A stretch of DNA of 64,000 nt from Accumulibacter sp. (lineage in GTDB: Bacteria; Pseudomonadota; Gammaproteobacteria; Burkholderiales; Rhodocyclaceae), in contig JAIFKU010000082.1 in assembly GCA_020049495.1 (NCBI GenBank), forward strand, positions 10,487 to 74,486, read 5' to 3'. The translations under genes and the position numbers were made by a program. Below the pieces are notes generated by a model that saw nothing but the letters and a program-made list of their open reading frames with translations, did not search any database and was not told the origin of the DNA. Shown piece by piece: positions 44,333 through 55,381 of the stretch. The number at the start of each line of letters is the position of its first letter. Position 1 is the stretch's first letter.

Positions 44333-45331
44333 TCATAGCTGCTTGAAGGCAATACTGTCGGCCGGCGCATCGAGCAAGGCCTTCAGTTCGTCATCCAGAC
44401 GCAACAGGCTTATTGACGCTCCCGCCATTTCAAGGGCGGTCATATACTCGCCAACGTAAGTTCGATATATTTTTATCCCCTTTTCCGCGCAGACCTCGCT
44501 GATTTTTTTGTTGACGATATACAGTTCCATGAGCGGGGTTGCCCCCAGTCCATTGACCAAGACTGCCACTTCATCACCTTTGTTGAATGGGAGATCGACG
44601 ATTATTTTTTCAAGCAGGACGGAGGTAATTTCATCTGCTTCAGTAATTTTGCATCGACTTATTCCCGGTTCTCCGTGAATGCCCATGCCGATCTCAATTT
44701 CATCGTCAGCCAACTGAAAATTGGCTTTCCCGGCTATCGGGACGATACATGGCGTCAAAGCCATGCCCATCGAGCGCACATTGGCAACGGTTTTCTCGGC
44801 CACCCGTTTGACTTCGGCCAGATCAGCGCCTTGCACCGCCATCGCGCCAGCGATTTTATGAACAAATACGGTTCCAGCAATCCCTCTGCGTCCGGTCGTG
44901 TAAGTACTGTTCTTGACGGCAACGTCGTCATCGACGATGACCCTTGCAACCTTGACCGCTTCAAACTCAGCCATCTCCTCTGCCATTTGTGAATTCATCA
45001 AATCGCCAGAGTAGTTCTTGATGACCATCAGGACGCCAGCCCCACTATCCACGGCCTTGGCTGCCGCAAAAAAATGATCGGGAGTGGGCGACGAGAATAC
45101 GTTGCCGACGCACGCAGCATCAAGCATTCCTCTGCCTATGAATCCCGCGTGCGCTGGTTCGTGACCACTCCCGCCACCGGAGATGATGCCGACTTTTCCG
45201 GCGATTGGCGAAAGCGGGCTGACGAGACAATTGTAGTCAGGCAGCTTTCTCACATGTTGAGGATGTGCGGCAACCATGCCTGAAAGCATATCTTCAACCA
45301 CGTTATTCGGAGCGTTGATTATCTTTTTCAT
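44333..45331 (-). CDS. dhaK: Dihydroxyacetone kinase subunit K (copy 2, canonical)
   Basis: SGGGSGHEPAHAG, KNYSGD, GRRGIAG, GMGIHGEPG; ATG at 45331. Confidence 0.92.
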   Translation of the reverse strand: MKKIINAPNNVVEDMLSGMVAAHPQHVRKLPDYNCLVSPLSPIAGKVGIISGGGSGHEPAHAGFIGRGMLDAACVGNVFSSPTPDHFFAAAKAVDSGAGVLMVIKNYSGDLMNSQMAEEMAEFEAVKVARVIVDDDVAVKNSTYTTGRRGIAGTVFVHKIAGAMAVQGADLAEVKRVAEKTVANVRSMGMALTPCIVPIAGKANFQLADDEIEIGMGIHGEPGISRCKITEADEITSVLLEKIIVDLPFNKGDEVAVLVNGLGATPLMELYIVNKKISEVCAEKGIKIYRTYVGEYMTALEMAGASISLLRLDDELKALLDAPADSIAFKQL

Positions 45332-45495
45332 AAGTCCTGACTGCTGTCCAATATTCGTTAATCTCTGCGGGTTGAATTCCCCGCTCCCTGGGGCGAAGGC
45401 CAAGCGTAGTTAATGCTGCGGCCTCGGAACATCATCGGTCAAGTCGTCGATGCCGAATCAATCGCTTCGCCAAAAAACGACAATCAAGATTCAAC

Positions 45496-45511
45496 AGCAT
45501 ATTACGTGCCA
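45496..45511 (-). promoter_or_regulatory. sigma54 -24/-12 promoter for dhaK2-dhaL2
   Basis: TGGCACGTAATATGCT, near-consensus. Confidence 0.75.
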
Positions 45512-45660
45512 ACGAGGAGTATCCAACGAAGGCGCGTGTTACCAATAAACGCTTTCAATTTTCGCAGGAATAATGAGAAAGCGCTGAGAAACCTGAGAAA
45601 CGGGCAGGCTATTTCGTGCTCAGTTGGCTTTGTGGAGCGCAAAACCATGAATTTGTTTTT

Positions 45661-48249
45661 TCAACACGTCAAGCGCTCAAGCAATTCGGTTTCCAGTTTG
45701 ATCCGGCTCGCGCTTTCGCCGAGATCGCCACCGCTGATCAGAAAAGTGTCTTCGACGCGTTCACCGAGGGTAACGATTTTGGCGGTGTGGAGATTGGCGC
45801 CATGAAGAGCCAGGGTCATGGCGACCGTATAGAGCAGGCCGGGACGATCGGCGGCACTGACCGAAAGAACGAAGTTGACGCCTTTTTCATCCGACTCGAT
45901 GGTGACTGAAGGCTGGATCGGGAAATGCTTGACCTGGCGCGAAATACGCCCGCTCGCTGGGGCCTCGGGCAAGGTTTGTCGGGTGAGCCGGTCGGTCAGT
46001 TCATGTTCGATGTAGCTGATCATGTCACGGTCATTGTCACGCCCGTTGACGTCGAGCAGCATGAAGCTGTCGAGCGCGTAACCGTGACGTGTCGTGTGAA
46101 TTTTTGCATCCATGATGTTGTAGCCGGCACGGCTGAAAAAACCGACCAGACGGGCAAACAGATCGTGTTGATCGAGGGTGTAGGCCATGACTTCGAGGCC
46201 GTCGCCCTGTGGATTGACGCGCGCCTTGACGACCGGTTTCTTTCCGTCAATGCGATAGTGCAGCGCACGCGCATGCCAGGCGATTTCTTCGGCCGAGTGG
46301 CGCAGGAAGTATACGGTATCGAGCTGATTCCACAGGCCTTCCTGGGCCGTTTCGGGAACCGCAAAATAACGCAGCAGACGCAGTGCTTCCTCTTGCTTTT
46401 CCTGGATGATTCCTTGCCTTAAAGGCGCCTGCCCCCCGGAAAGCAGAAAACGACGGGTCTGGTTGAAAAGTTCCTCGAACAACTGGCCTTTCCAGCTATT
46501 CCAGACCTTGGGGCTGGTACCGCGTATATCAGCGACAGAGAACAGGTAGAGCGCCGTCAGGTGACGCTCGTCCTTTACGGTCGCGGCAAATGCACTGAGC
46601 ACGTCCGGATCCGATATGTCCTGTTTCTGAGCAACGACAGACATTTCAAGGTGATGGCGTACGAGCCAGACAACCAGTTCGCTGTCTTCGGCACAAAGGC
46701 CGTGACTGGTACAGAATTCCTGGGCATCGAGAGCGCCGAGGTCCGAGTGCCCCCCCCCGCGTCCCTTGGCGATATCGTGGAAGAGGGCGGCTATGTAGAG
46801 TAACCAGGGCTTATCGAAGTTGCTGATCAACTGGCTGCAGAAGGGGTACTCGTGGGCAAATTCGGTTTCGGAGAAGCGGCGCAGGTTGCGCAGTACCTGC
46901 ATGGTGTGCTGATCCACCGTGTAGGCGTGGAAAAGGTCGTGTTGCATCTGGCCGACGATGGCCCCGAACTTGGGCAGGTAGCGACCGAGGATGTCAAACT
47001 GGTTCATGCGCCGGAGTTCGTGCAGCACACCTCTTTCCTGCTTGAAGAGTTCGACGAAACGCGCCCTGTTTTCCGGGTTGCTACGAAAGTCATCATCGAT
47101 CAGGGTGCGTGCGCGCCATAGCGAGCGGATCGTGCGTGCCGTCATGCCTTTCAGTTCGGAGTGCTGCTGCATGAGCAGAAATGCTTCGAGTATGGCCGCG
47201 GGCGTTTCGTTGAAAACGTTTTCGTGAACGACATCGAGCAGTTGATGGGTGTTCTGAAAACGCTCATTGATGACCTGCGGATTTTGTTCAGGCGACGGGA
47301 AAATTGCAGCACCCATGTTCTGCAGAAGAATCGTGTTGAGCTGGGTCACCGTTTTCGCCGTCCGGTAGTACTCCTGCATCAGTTGCTCGCTGGCGCGCCG
47401 GGTCGGTGTTGCGGCAAAGCCGAGTTGCTCGGCAAGCGCCGTCTGATGATCAAACAGGAGACGGTCTTCACGACGGCCGACATGGAGGTGCAACTGGATT
47501 CGCAAGCGCTGCAGGAAGCTTTCCCGGCGTTCAAGCCCCTGTTCTTCCCGATGGGTAATAAAGCCGTGTCGTTCCAGATCCTGCCAGCTGCTGCCGAATC
47601 CGGCGGCTTGTGCGATCCACAGAATGCTTTGCAAATCGCGCAATCCGCCCGGACTTTCCTTGCAGTTCGGTTCGAGACTGTAAGGCGATTCCTGATAACG
47701 CAGATAGCGCTCGTCCTGTTCTACGCGTTTGGCGTGAAAGAAAGCTTGCGGATCGAGTTGGTTCCTGAATTCAGTAAGGAACGTTGAGAACAGTGCGGCG
47801 TTTCCGATCAGCAAGCGGGTTTCGACCAGCGCTGTCTGAACCGTCAGATCGCTTTCTGCCTCGTTGAGGCATTCCTCTACCGTACGAACGCTATGACCAA
47901 TTTCCAGCCCGATATCCCAGAACAGGCTAACCAGTTGTTCAAGCTGTTCGGCAAGCGCCGTATCGGCCGGCTGCGGTAGAAGCAACAGCAGATCCACGTC
48001 AGAGGCGGGCCACATTTCTTCGCGACCGTAGCCGCCAACAGCGACCAGGGTAAGTGAATCGGGGAGGCCCAGATCCGTCCACAGTTCGCGCAGGACGCCG
48101 TCAATCAGTTGGCTGCGTTGATGCAGCAGTCGGGAGGGTTCCGGGTCGAGCAGATAATTCTGGCAGATGGAAGCCTGGCCAGACTGCAAATGCGATTTGT
48201 AACGGGTGAGGAGTTCGTTACGGGCAACAGAATCGAACTTCATCGACAT
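45661..48249 (-). CDS. glnD: [Protein-PII] uridylyltransferase
   Basis: AVGGYGR...[19 protein letters not shown], two ACT domains. Confidence 0.96.
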   Translation of the reverse strand: MSMKFDSVARNELLTRYKSHLQSGQASICQNYLLDPEPSRLLHQRSQLIDGVLRELWTDLGLPDSLTLVAVGGYGREEMWPASDVDLLLLLPQPADTALAEQLEQLVSLFWDIGLEIGHSVRTVEECLNEAESDLTVQTALVETRLLIGNAALFSTFLTEFRNQLDPQAFFHAKRVEQDERYLRYQESPYSLEPNCKESPGGLRDLQSILWIAQAAGFGSSWQDLERHGFITHREEQGLERRESFLQRLRIQLHLHVGRREDRLLFDHQTALAEQLGFAATPTRRASEQLMQEYYRTAKTVTQLNTILLQNMGAAIFPSPEQNPQVINERFQNTHQLLDVVHENVFNETPAAILEAFLLMQQHSELKGMTARTIRSLWRARTLIDDDFRSNPENRARFVELFKQERGVLHELRRMNQFDILGRYLPKFGAIVGQMQHDLFHAYTVDQHTMQVLRNLRRFSETEFAHEYPFCSQLISNFDKPWLLYIAALFHDIAKGRGGGHSDLGALDAQEFCTSHGLCAEDSELVVWLVRHHLEMSVVAQKQDISDPDVLSAFAATVKDERHLTALYLFSVADIRGTSPKVWNSWKGQLFEELFNQTRRFLLSGGQAPLRQGIIQEKQEEALRLLRYFAVPETAQEGLWNQLDTVYFLRHSAEEIAWHARALHYRIDGKKPVVKARVNPQGDGLEVMAYTLDQHDLFARLVGFFSRAGYNIMDAKIHTTRHGYALDSFMLLDVNGRDNDRDMISYIEHELTDRLTRQTLPEAPASGRISRQVKHFPIQPSVTIESDEKGVNFVLSVSAADRPGLLYTVAMTLALHGANLHTAKIVTLGERVEDTFLISGGDLGESASRIKLETELLERLTC

Positions 48250-49049
48250 CAATTGATCCAGTCCGGCTGCTGGCGAGCGCCTTCGGAGAGCGTGAGAACC
48301 TCATATCCGTTTTCGCTGACAAGAACGGTATGTTCCCATTGCGCCGACAAACTGTGGTCCTTGGTGACAATCGTCCAGCCATCCGCCAGTTCGCGGATGG
48401 CGGCTTTTCCGGCGTTGATCATCGGCTCGATGGTGAAAATCATGTTGGCTTTAAGTTCGACCCCCGTGCCAGCCTTGCCGTAATGAACGACTTGTGGATC
48501 TTCATGGAAGCGTACGCCGATGCCATGGCCACAGAATTCTCGGACGACTGAATAACCGGATTTCTCGGCATACTGCTGGATGGCGTGGCCGATGTCGCCG
48601 AGATGGGCACCTGCGCGCACCTGGGCAATACCGAGCCAGAGGCATTCAAAAGTGACCTCACACAGCCGTTTGGCCTTGATCGAGACCTCGCCGACCTGGA
48701 ACATGCGGCTGGTATCGCCGTGATAACCGTCCTTGATGGTGGTGATATCCAGATTGACAATATCGCCGTTTTTCAACTGTCTGTCACCGGGAACGCCATG
48801 ACAGACCTGATGGTTGACCGAAGTGCAGATCGATTTCGGATACGGTTTGTAGCCTGAAGGAGCGTAGTTCAGCGGCGCCGGAATGCAGCCCTGAATATTG
48901 ACCATGTAGTCGTGGCAGAGTTTGTCCAGCTCGCCAGTCGTAATCCCCGGTTTGACGAAAGGGGTAATGTAATCGAGTACTTCGCCAGCCAGACGGCCGG
49001 CAACCCGCATTTTTTCGATTTCGTCGGAAGATTTGAGTGTGATGCTCAT
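48249..49049 (-). CDS. map: Methionine aminopeptidase type I
   Basis: [30 protein letters not shown]. Confidence 0.96.
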   Translation of the reverse strand: MSITLKSSDEIEKMRVAGRLAGEVLDYITPFVKPGITTGELDKLCHDYMVNIQGCIPAPLNYAPSGYKPYPKSICTSVNHQVCHGVPGDRQLKNGDIVNLDITTIKDGYHGDTSRMFQVGEVSIKAKRLCEVTFECLWLGIAQVRAGAHLGDIGHAIQQYAEKSGYSVVREFCGHGIGVRFHEDPQVVHYGKAGTGVELKANMIFTIEPMINAGKAAIRELADGWTIVTKDHSLSAQWEHTVLVSENGYEVLTLSEGARQQPDWIN

Positions 49050-49231
49050 GTGCTTATTATGGAGACAGGCGAAGGTAATGAAGTGGCGAAGGATAAAGTA
49101 AGGCGAGCGCTTAGGCAATTTCCCGTTTGAAAGGTTCGTCTACACCTCGTCTTTATCCCGTCAGATTTATAGCGTCATCCATCAGGGTAACGAGCGAAGG
49201 AAGCGAAGCGATGGCATTCATGTTTCTCCGA

Positions 49232-49240
49232 TGATATAAT
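49232..49240 (+). promoter_or_regulatory. Extended -10 promoter of rpsB-tsf
   Basis: TGaTATAAT upstream of the rpsB leader. Confidence 0.55.
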
Positions 49241-49325
49241 CGCACGGTTTTTCTGGCCTTTGTCAGTGAAACAATACAGCGTGCCATGGTGGTACGCGAG
49301 GCGCGCCGGATACGGCTCGTCAATT

Positions 49326-49410
49326 ACGCACATTCGCCTGTTCAAGGGTGCCCGTCAAATAATCAAGGCGGGCGTAGGTGGGCGAATGGTGGTTTAACCC
49401 TGATAGGAAA
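49326..49410 (+). ncRNA. rpsB 5' leader (t44 / S2 autoregulatory RNA)
   Basis: cattcgcct...gggcgaatg stem, GGGTGC and downstream AACCC; position directly before rpsB. Confidence 0.6.
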
Positions 49411-49415
49411 AAAGT

Positions 49416-50156
49416 ATGTCCGCAACCATGCGTCAAATGCTGGAGGCCGGTGTTCACTTTGGCCACCAAACCCGCTTCTGGAACCCCAAGATGGCTCAGT
49501 ACATCTTTGGTGCCCGCAGCAAGATCCACATTGTCAACCTTGAAAAAACCCTTGCCAATTACAACGAAGCCATGGCTTTCGTGCGCAAGCTGTCGTCAAA
49601 CAAGGGCAGCATCCTGTTCGTCAGTACCAAACGTCAGGCGCGTGAAATCATCGCTGAAGAAGCCAGCCGTTCCGGTTCGGCCTATGTCGACCAGCGCTGG
49701 CTGGGTGGCATGCTGACCAATTTCAAGACCATCAAGCAATCGACCAAGCGCCTCAAGGATATGGAAACCATGATGGAAGACGGTTCTCTTGAGAAGCTCG
49801 GCAAGAAGGAAGCACTGATGATGCAGCGCGAACTTGCCAAGTTGCAGAAATCCATTGGCGGCATCAAGGAAATGAATACCTTGCCGGATGCCCTGTTCGT
49901 CATCGATGTCGGTTACCACAAGATTGCCATCACCGAAGCGAATAAACTCGGCATTCCGGTCATTGCCGTGGTCGATACCAATCACTCGCCGGAAGGCATT
50001 GATTATGTCATTCCGGGCAATGATGACTCGTCCAGTGCAATCCGCCTGTATGCACGCGGTGTCGCTGATTCGATTCTCGAAGGTCGCAGTCAATTCATCG
50101 AGGAAATTGTTGCTGCGGCAGCTTCCGGTGATGATTTTGTCGAAGAGGCCGAGTAA
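49416..50156 (+). CDS. rpsB: 30S ribosomal protein S2
   Basis: [26 protein letters not shown]. Confidence 0.98.
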   Translation: MSATMRQMLEAGVHFGHQTRFWNPKMAQYIFGARSKIHIVNLEKTLANYNEAMAFVRKLSSNKGSILFVSTKRQAREIIAEEASRSGSAYVDQRWLGGMLTNFKTIKQSTKRLKDMETMMEDGSLEKLGKKEALMMQRELAKLQKSIGGIKEMNTLPDALFVIDVGYHKIAITEANKLGIPVIAVVDTNHSPEGIDYVIPGNDDSSSAIRLYARGVADSILEGRSQFIEEIVAAAASGDDFVEEAE

Positions 50157-50278
50157 CAGTCCCCAACTTTGTCATCCGGTCGCTTGATGTGAGCGGTATG
50201 GATAGACAATTTCTGTTTTAACTGTTTTGAACGAGGTGCGGCCGGTTATCCCGGCCGTGTCCGCAAGTGGAGAATAAA

Positions 50279-51172
50279 ATGGCGGAAATTACCGCAGGTA
50301 TGGTTAAAGAACTGCGCGAGAAAACTGACGCGCCGATGATGGAATGCAAGAGAGCACTGACCGAAGCGGCTGGTGACATTAACAAGGCGGAAGAGATTCT
50401 GCGCGTCAAGCTCGGTTCCAAGGCCACCAAGGCTGCAACTCGCATTACTGCCGAGGGGGTTGTCGGTATCAGTATTGCCGCCGACGGCAAGTCAGGCGCG
50501 ATCATCGAGATCAACTGCGAAACCGATTTCGTGGCCAAGAACGACGAATTCCTGGCTCTGACCAAGGGCTGTGCCGAACTGATTGTGGCTAACAATCCAG
50601 CGGATATTGCCGTGTTGTCGGCGCTGCCGATGGCTGGAGGAACCGTCGAATCTGCCCGTACTGCTTTGGTCGGGAAGATCGGCGAGAATATGTCGCTGCG
50701 CCGCTTTGTCCGTGTCGAAGCCAAGGGCAAGCTGGCGTCCTACATCCATGGCGGTGCAAAGATCGGCGTGCTGCTGGATGTGGTCGGTGGTGACGAACAA
50801 CTGGGCAAGGATCTGTCCATGCACATTGCCGCGTCAAAGCCAAAATCGCTTGATGCGACGGGTGTTCCTGCCGAACTGATTGATACCGAACGTCGGGTTG
50901 CCATCGAAAAGGCCAAGGAAGCGGGCAAGCCGGAAGCCATGATCGAGAAAATCGCCGAGGGTTCAGTGCAGAAATTCCTCAAGGAGGTCACTTTGCTTGG
51001 ACAGGTGTTCGTCAAGGCGGAAGACGGCAAGCAGACCATCGAGCAATTGCTCAAGGCCAAGGGTGCTTCAGTTGCGGGCTTTACCCTGTTCGTGGTCGGT
51101 GAGGGCATGGCCAAACGATCGAATGATTTTGCCGCCGAAGTGGCTGCCCAGGCAGCGGCTGCACAGAAGTAA
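50279..51172 (+). CDS. tsf: Elongation factor Ts
   Basis: [19 protein letters not shown]. Confidence 0.97.
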   Translation: MAEITAGMVKELREKTDAPMMECKRALTEAAGDINKAEEILRVKLGSKATKAATRITAEGVVGISIAADGKSGAIIEINCETDFVAKNDEFLALTKGCAELIVANNPADIAVLSALPMAGGTVESARTALVGKIGENMSLRRFVRVEAKGKLASYIHGGAKIGVLLDVVGGDEQLGKDLSMHIAASKPKSLDATGVPAELIDTERRVAIEKAKEAGKPEAMIEKIAEGSVQKFLKEVTLLGQVFVKAEDGKQTIEQLLKAKGASVAGFTLFVVGEGMAKRSNDFAAEVAAQAAAAQK

Positions 51173-51186
51173 CTGATAGGGTTCTG

Positions 51187-51918
51187 ATGACCATGACTGA
51201 AGCTTGTACCCCAAAATTCAAACGTATCCTGCTCAAACTCTCGGGTGAAGCACTGATGGGCACTGACGCTTATGGCATCAACCGTCAGACCATCCTGGAG
51301 ATCGTCGCTGAAGTCAAGAGCGTCGTTGATCTGGGGGTGCAGGTTGGTGTCGTCATCGGCGGGGGTAACATCTTTCGCGGTGTGGCTCCCGGAGCAACCG
51401 GCATGGATCGCGCCCAGGCTGACTACATGGGCATGCTGGCCACCGTGATGAACGCTCTGGCGTTGCAGGACGCGATGAAAACTGCCGGCATGCCGGCCCG
51501 CGTCCAGTCGGCATTGAATATCGAGCAGGTGGTCGAACCGTATATTCGCGGTCGGGCCATCCGTGCACTGGAGCAGGGCAGGACGGTCATTTTTGCCGGG
51601 GGTACCGGCAATCCGTTTTTTACGACCGATACGGCAGCGGCGTTACGCGGTGCCGAAATCGGGGCGGAGATCGTGCTCAAGGCCACCAAGGTAGATGGTA
51701 TTTACTCGGCTGATCCGAAAAAGGATCCTCTGGCCACACGCTACGACCGGATCAGCTTCAACGAAGCCATGTTGAAAAATCTGGCGGTGATGGATGCAAC
51801 CGCTTTTGCGCTATGCCGTGACCAGAAACTGCCAATCAACGTTTTCTCGATTTTCAAACCGGGTGCGCTCAAGCGGGTTGTCCTTGGCGAGAGCGAAGGC
51901 ACTCTGGTGTATTGCTGA
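51187..51918 (+). CDS. pyrH: UMP kinase
   Basis: [21 protein letters not shown]. Confidence 0.97.
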   Translation: MTMTEACTPKFKRILLKLSGEALMGTDAYGINRQTILEIVAEVKSVVDLGVQVGVVIGGGNIFRGVAPGATGMDRAQADYMGMLATVMNALALQDAMKTAGMPARVQSALNIEQVVEPYIRGRAIRALEQGRTVIFAGGTGNPFFTTDTAAALRGAEIGAEIVLKATKVDGIYSADPKKDPLATRYDRISFNEAMLKNLAVMDATAFALCRDQKLPINVFSIFKPGALKRVVLGESEGTLVYC

Positions 51919-51929
51919 GGGAGATAGAC

Positions 51930-52493
51930 ATGTCGTCGATTGCAGAGGTGAAAAGCACTACTGAACACAAGATGCAGAAATCACTTGAGGCGCTCAGGGT
52001 CGATTTGACAAAGATCCGTACGGGCCGCGCCAATATCGGCCTGCTCGATCATGTTCAGGTCGAGTATTACGGCTCCATGGTGCCGGTAAATACGGTGGCC
52101 AACATCACCCTGCTTGATCCGCGTACGCTTGGCGTCCAGGCTTGGGAAAAGAACATGGCGCCCAAGGTCGAAAAGGCCATCCGGGACTCCGATCTTGGCC
52201 TGAATCCTGCTTCGCAGGGCGAACTCATCCGCGTTCCGATGCCGGCACTGACCGAAGAACGGCGTCGCGACCTGATCAAGGTCGTCAAACACGAGTGTGA
52301 AAATGCACGGGTGGCAATGCGCAATCTTCGCCGCGACGCCATCTCGACACTCAAGGATCTGCTCAAGAACAAGGCGTGTTCGGAGGATGATGAGCGACGG
52401 GCGCAGGATGACGTCCAGAAGCTCACCGACAAATATGTCGCCGAGGTGGATAAGCAGTTCGCGCAAAAAGAAACCGAGCTGATGGCGGTCTGA
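51930..52493 (+). CDS. frr: Ribosome recycling factor
   Basis: IRTGRA, P.LTEERR, RNLRRD. Confidence 0.97.
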   Translation: MSSIAEVKSTTEHKMQKSLEALRVDLTKIRTGRANIGLLDHVQVEYYGSMVPVNTVANITLLDPRTLGVQAWEKNMAPKVEKAIRDSDLGLNPASQGELIRVPMPALTEERRRDLIKVVKHECENARVAMRNLRRDAISTLKDLLKNKACSEDDERRAQDDVQKLTDKYVAEVDKQFAQKETELMAV

Positions 52494-52516
52494 GGACTGC
52501 CTAAAGGATGCGCCAG

Positions 52517-53350
52517 ATGGCGATCTTCACCAGTTCGACGCGTGATGTTCCGGATGCCGCCAAGGTGCCGCGTCATGTCGCCATTATCATGGACGGCAAC
52601 GGTCGCTGGGCCAAGAAACGCTATTTGCCTCGTTTTGCCGGGCATCGCCGTGGCGTCGAAATGGTGCGTGATTCGGTCAGGTATTGCCTTGAGCGTGGGA
52701 TAAAGTATTTGACGCTTTTTGCGTTCAGCTCAGAAAACTGGCGTCGCCCCGAGGAAGAAGTGACGCTGCTCATGCAGCTTTTCGTGCATGCCTTGCAGCA
52801 GGAAGTGAGCAAACTGGATCGCAATGGAGTTTGTCTGAGAGTGGTGGGTGACCTGTCGCGCTTTGATCGTGAACTACAGTCGCTGATTGCCTCTTCAGAA
52901 CAGCAGACGGCCGGGAATGACAAGCTGACACTGACCATCGCAGCCAATTACGGCGGACGTTGGGATATCCTGCAGGCGGTCAATCGCATGCTCTCGGCAC
53001 AGCCGGACAAGCAGGGTTTGTGGAGCGAAGCCGATCTGGCACCTTATCTGGCCATGAGTTACGCACCGGAGCCCGATCTCTTCATTCGTACGGGGGGGGA
53101 GGAGCGGGTCAGCAACTTCCTGCTATGGCAACTGGCTTATTCGGAGTTCTACTTTACTGAAACCCTCTGGCCGGAGTTTGACGCTTCTGCATTCGACATG
53201 GCCATCAACTCGTATCAGCAGCGCGAACGTCGCTTCGGACGAACGAGCGAACAACTGATCGACAATCCCCACCCTGGTACCAAGCGCGTCGATCGCTTGC
53301 CCGAAAATGCAGATTCTGCTCGCTCGACGGACGTCATCGTTAATGCTTAA
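52517..53350 (+). CDS. uppS: Undecaprenyl diphosphate synthase
   Basis: [26 protein letters not shown]. Confidence 0.96.
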   Translation: MAIFTSSTRDVPDAAKVPRHVAIIMDGNGRWAKKRYLPRFAGHRRGVEMVRDSVRYCLERGIKYLTLFAFSSENWRRPEEEVTLLMQLFVHALQQEVSKLDRNGVCLRVVGDLSRFDRELQSLIASSEQQTAGNDKLTLTIAANYGGRWDILQAVNRMLSAQPDKQGLWSEADLAPYLAMSYAPEPDLFIRTGGEERVSNFLLWQLAYSEFYFTETLWPEFDASAFDMAINSYQQRERRFGRTSEQLIDNPHPGTKRVDRLPENADSARSTDVIVNA

Positions 53351-54179
53351 GACGCGGATCATTACCGCTGTTTTCCTTTTTTTCGTTTTCTTTTCTGCTC
53401 TTTTCTATCTGCCTGCGTCTGGCTGGGTCATGTTCTGCACACTGACCGCTGCTCTTGCAGCCTGGGAGTGGGGAGCGCTGATGGCATTGGGCAATGCTTT
53501 ACGCTTCGCGCTTGGCGTCACGCTGATCTTCATTTGCGGCGCCGTGGCCGCTCTGGAGCCAGCCGCTTTGGGGCTTGAACCTGGATTCGATGAGGCCGCC
53601 TGGCGCCTGGGGCGCTGGTTTTATCTTCCGGCGGCCGCTTTCTGGTTGCTCGGGGTTCCCGTGTGGATGAGGTGTCGCTGGCTATTGTCAAAGTCCGTTT
53701 TCGGCCTGTCGATCGGCATGTTGATGATCCTGCCGACCTGGCTGGCTCTGGTGCAACTGAGACAGGCTGGCGCTCTATCTTTACTGGCCGTCATGGCCGC
53801 CGTCTGGCTGGCTGATATTGCCGCCTATTTCTTTGGCCGTACCTTCGGCAAGCACAAGCTGGCTCCGGGCATCAGTCCGGGCAAGACCTGGGAAGGTGCT
53901 ATCGGAGGCGGGTTTGCCGTCATCGTCTATGGTTTTATCCTGTCGCCGAAGATGCCGGCCGTTCTCTCCGGAAATTATTTATTGTTACTCTCTGTCCTGG
54001 TGTCCATGGCGGTGATCAGTATCATTGGCGATCTGTTCGAATCACTGCTTAAACGTCAGGCCGGATTGAAAGACAGCAGTAATATTTTGCCCGGACATGG
54101 GGGAGTGCTCGACCGTATCGATAGCCTGACCTCGACACTGCCTCTGGTCGCTCTTGTCTGGCTGACTTTACTGCATTGA
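53343..54179 (+). CDS. cdsA: Phosphatidate cytidylyltransferase
   Basis: [17 protein letters not shown]...PGHGG.LDRIDS. Confidence 0.95.
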   Translation: MLKTRIITAVFLFFVFFSALFYLPASGWVMFCTLTAALAAWEWGALMALGNALRFALGVTLIFICGAVAALEPAALGLEPGFDEAAWRLGRWFYLPAAAFWLLGVPVWMRCRWLLSKSVFGLSIGMLMILPTWLALVQLRQAGALSLLAVMAAVWLADIAAYFFGRTFGKHKLAPGISPGKTWEGAIGGGFAVIVYGFILSPKMPAVLSGNYLLLLSVLVSMAVISIIGDLFESLLKRQAGLKDSSNILPGHGGVLDRIDSLTSTLPLVALVWLTLLH

Positions 54180-54196
54180 CGCAGCTTGAGATGACA

Positions 54197-55381
54197 ATGC
54201 AAAAGCTCACGATTCTCGGATCAACCGGCTCCATTGGGGTCAATACGCTGGACGTGATTCGACGCCATCCGCAACGTTTCAGTGTAATCGCTCTCTGTGC
54301 GTACAATCAGATCGATCGCCTTTTCGAGCAATGTCTTGAGTTTCAACCCCGTTTTGCCGTAGTGCGTAACGCTGAACTGGCCGTTGCTTTGCGTGCTCGT
54401 CTGGAAGTTGCTGCCTGTTCAACCTGCGTCGAATACGGACCTGAAGCTTTGGTGCGGATGGCCGAATTACCGGAAGTTGATTCGGTGATGGCCGCCATTG
54501 TCGGAGCTGCAGGCCTGCAACCCACATTGGCGGCGGCGGTCGCCGGCAAGAAAGTCCTGTTGGCCAACAAGGAAGCGCTGGTCATGGCCGGGCCGGTGTT
54601 CATGCGCGCCGTGAGAGAAAATGGCGCAAGCTTGTTACCGATTGATAGCGAACATAACGCTATATTTCAATCACTTCCAATTGACTATTCAGGTGATTTA
54701 TCAAGAAGCGGAGTGCGCGGTTTGTTGCTCACTGCCTCCGGCGGACCGTTCCGTAATACCGCCCTTGCCGACCTGGAGAATGTAACACCCGAGCAGGCGT
54801 GTGCGCATCCCAACTGGGTCATGGGACGAAAGATTTCGGTGGATTCGGCGACCATGATGAACAAGGGGCTCGAGATGATCGAAGCGCACTGGTTATTCAA
54901 TGTTGCTGCCGAACAGATCGAGATCGTCATCCACCCGCAGAGTGTCATCCATTCCCTGGTGCAGTATGTCGATGGTTCAGTCATTGCCGAACTGGGAAAT
55001 CCCGATATGCGTACGCCGATTGCCCATGCGCTGGCCTATCCTGAGCGGATTTCAGCGGGCGTCGAACCGCTGGACCTGTTCAAAATTGCCTCGCTGCATT
55101 TCGAACGGCCGGATTTCGAGCGTTTCCCCTGTCTTGCGCTTGCCTACCGTGCCCTGCATGAGGGTGAGAATGCGCCGGCGACGCTCAACGCCGCCAATGA
55201 GCTTGCTGTTCAGGCCTTTCTTGATGGCAAGATCGGTTTTACAGCAATCCCGAAAATCATTGAGGCGGTCATGGATCAATCCCCGGTGACGACGCTGCAT
55301 TCGCTCGCGGACGTGCTGGCCACTGACCATGCGGCCCGGGGCATCGCCGAGCAGACTATCGGAATGTTGACCTCGGCATGA
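54197..55381 (+). CDS. dxr: 1-deoxy-D-xylulose-5-phosphate reductoisomerase
   Basis: [24 protein letters not shown]. Confidence 0.97.
   Translation: MQKLTILGSTGSIGVNTLDVIRRHPQRFSVIALCAYNQIDRLFEQCLEFQPRFAVVRNAELAVALRARLEVAACSTCVEYGPEALVRMAELPEVDSVMAAIVGAAGLQPTLAAAVAGKKVLLANKEALVMAGPVFMRAVRENGASLLPIDSEHNAIFQSLPIDYSGDLSRSGVRGLLLTASGGPFRNTALADLENVTPEQACAHPNWVMGRKISVDSATMMNKGLEMIEAHWLFNVAAEQIEIVIHPQSVIHSLVQYVDGSVIAELGNPDMRTPIAHALAYPERISAGVEPLDLFKIASLHFERPDFERFPCLALAYRALHEGENAPATLNAANELAVQAFLDGKIGFTAIPKIIEAVMDQSPVTTLHSLADVLATDHAARGIAEQTIGMLTSA

Noticed and set aside
53092-53099. G8 runs in uppS (and in lpxD near 60426) as phase-variation tracts
   Set aside because: They encode Gly-Gly in frame in essential genes.
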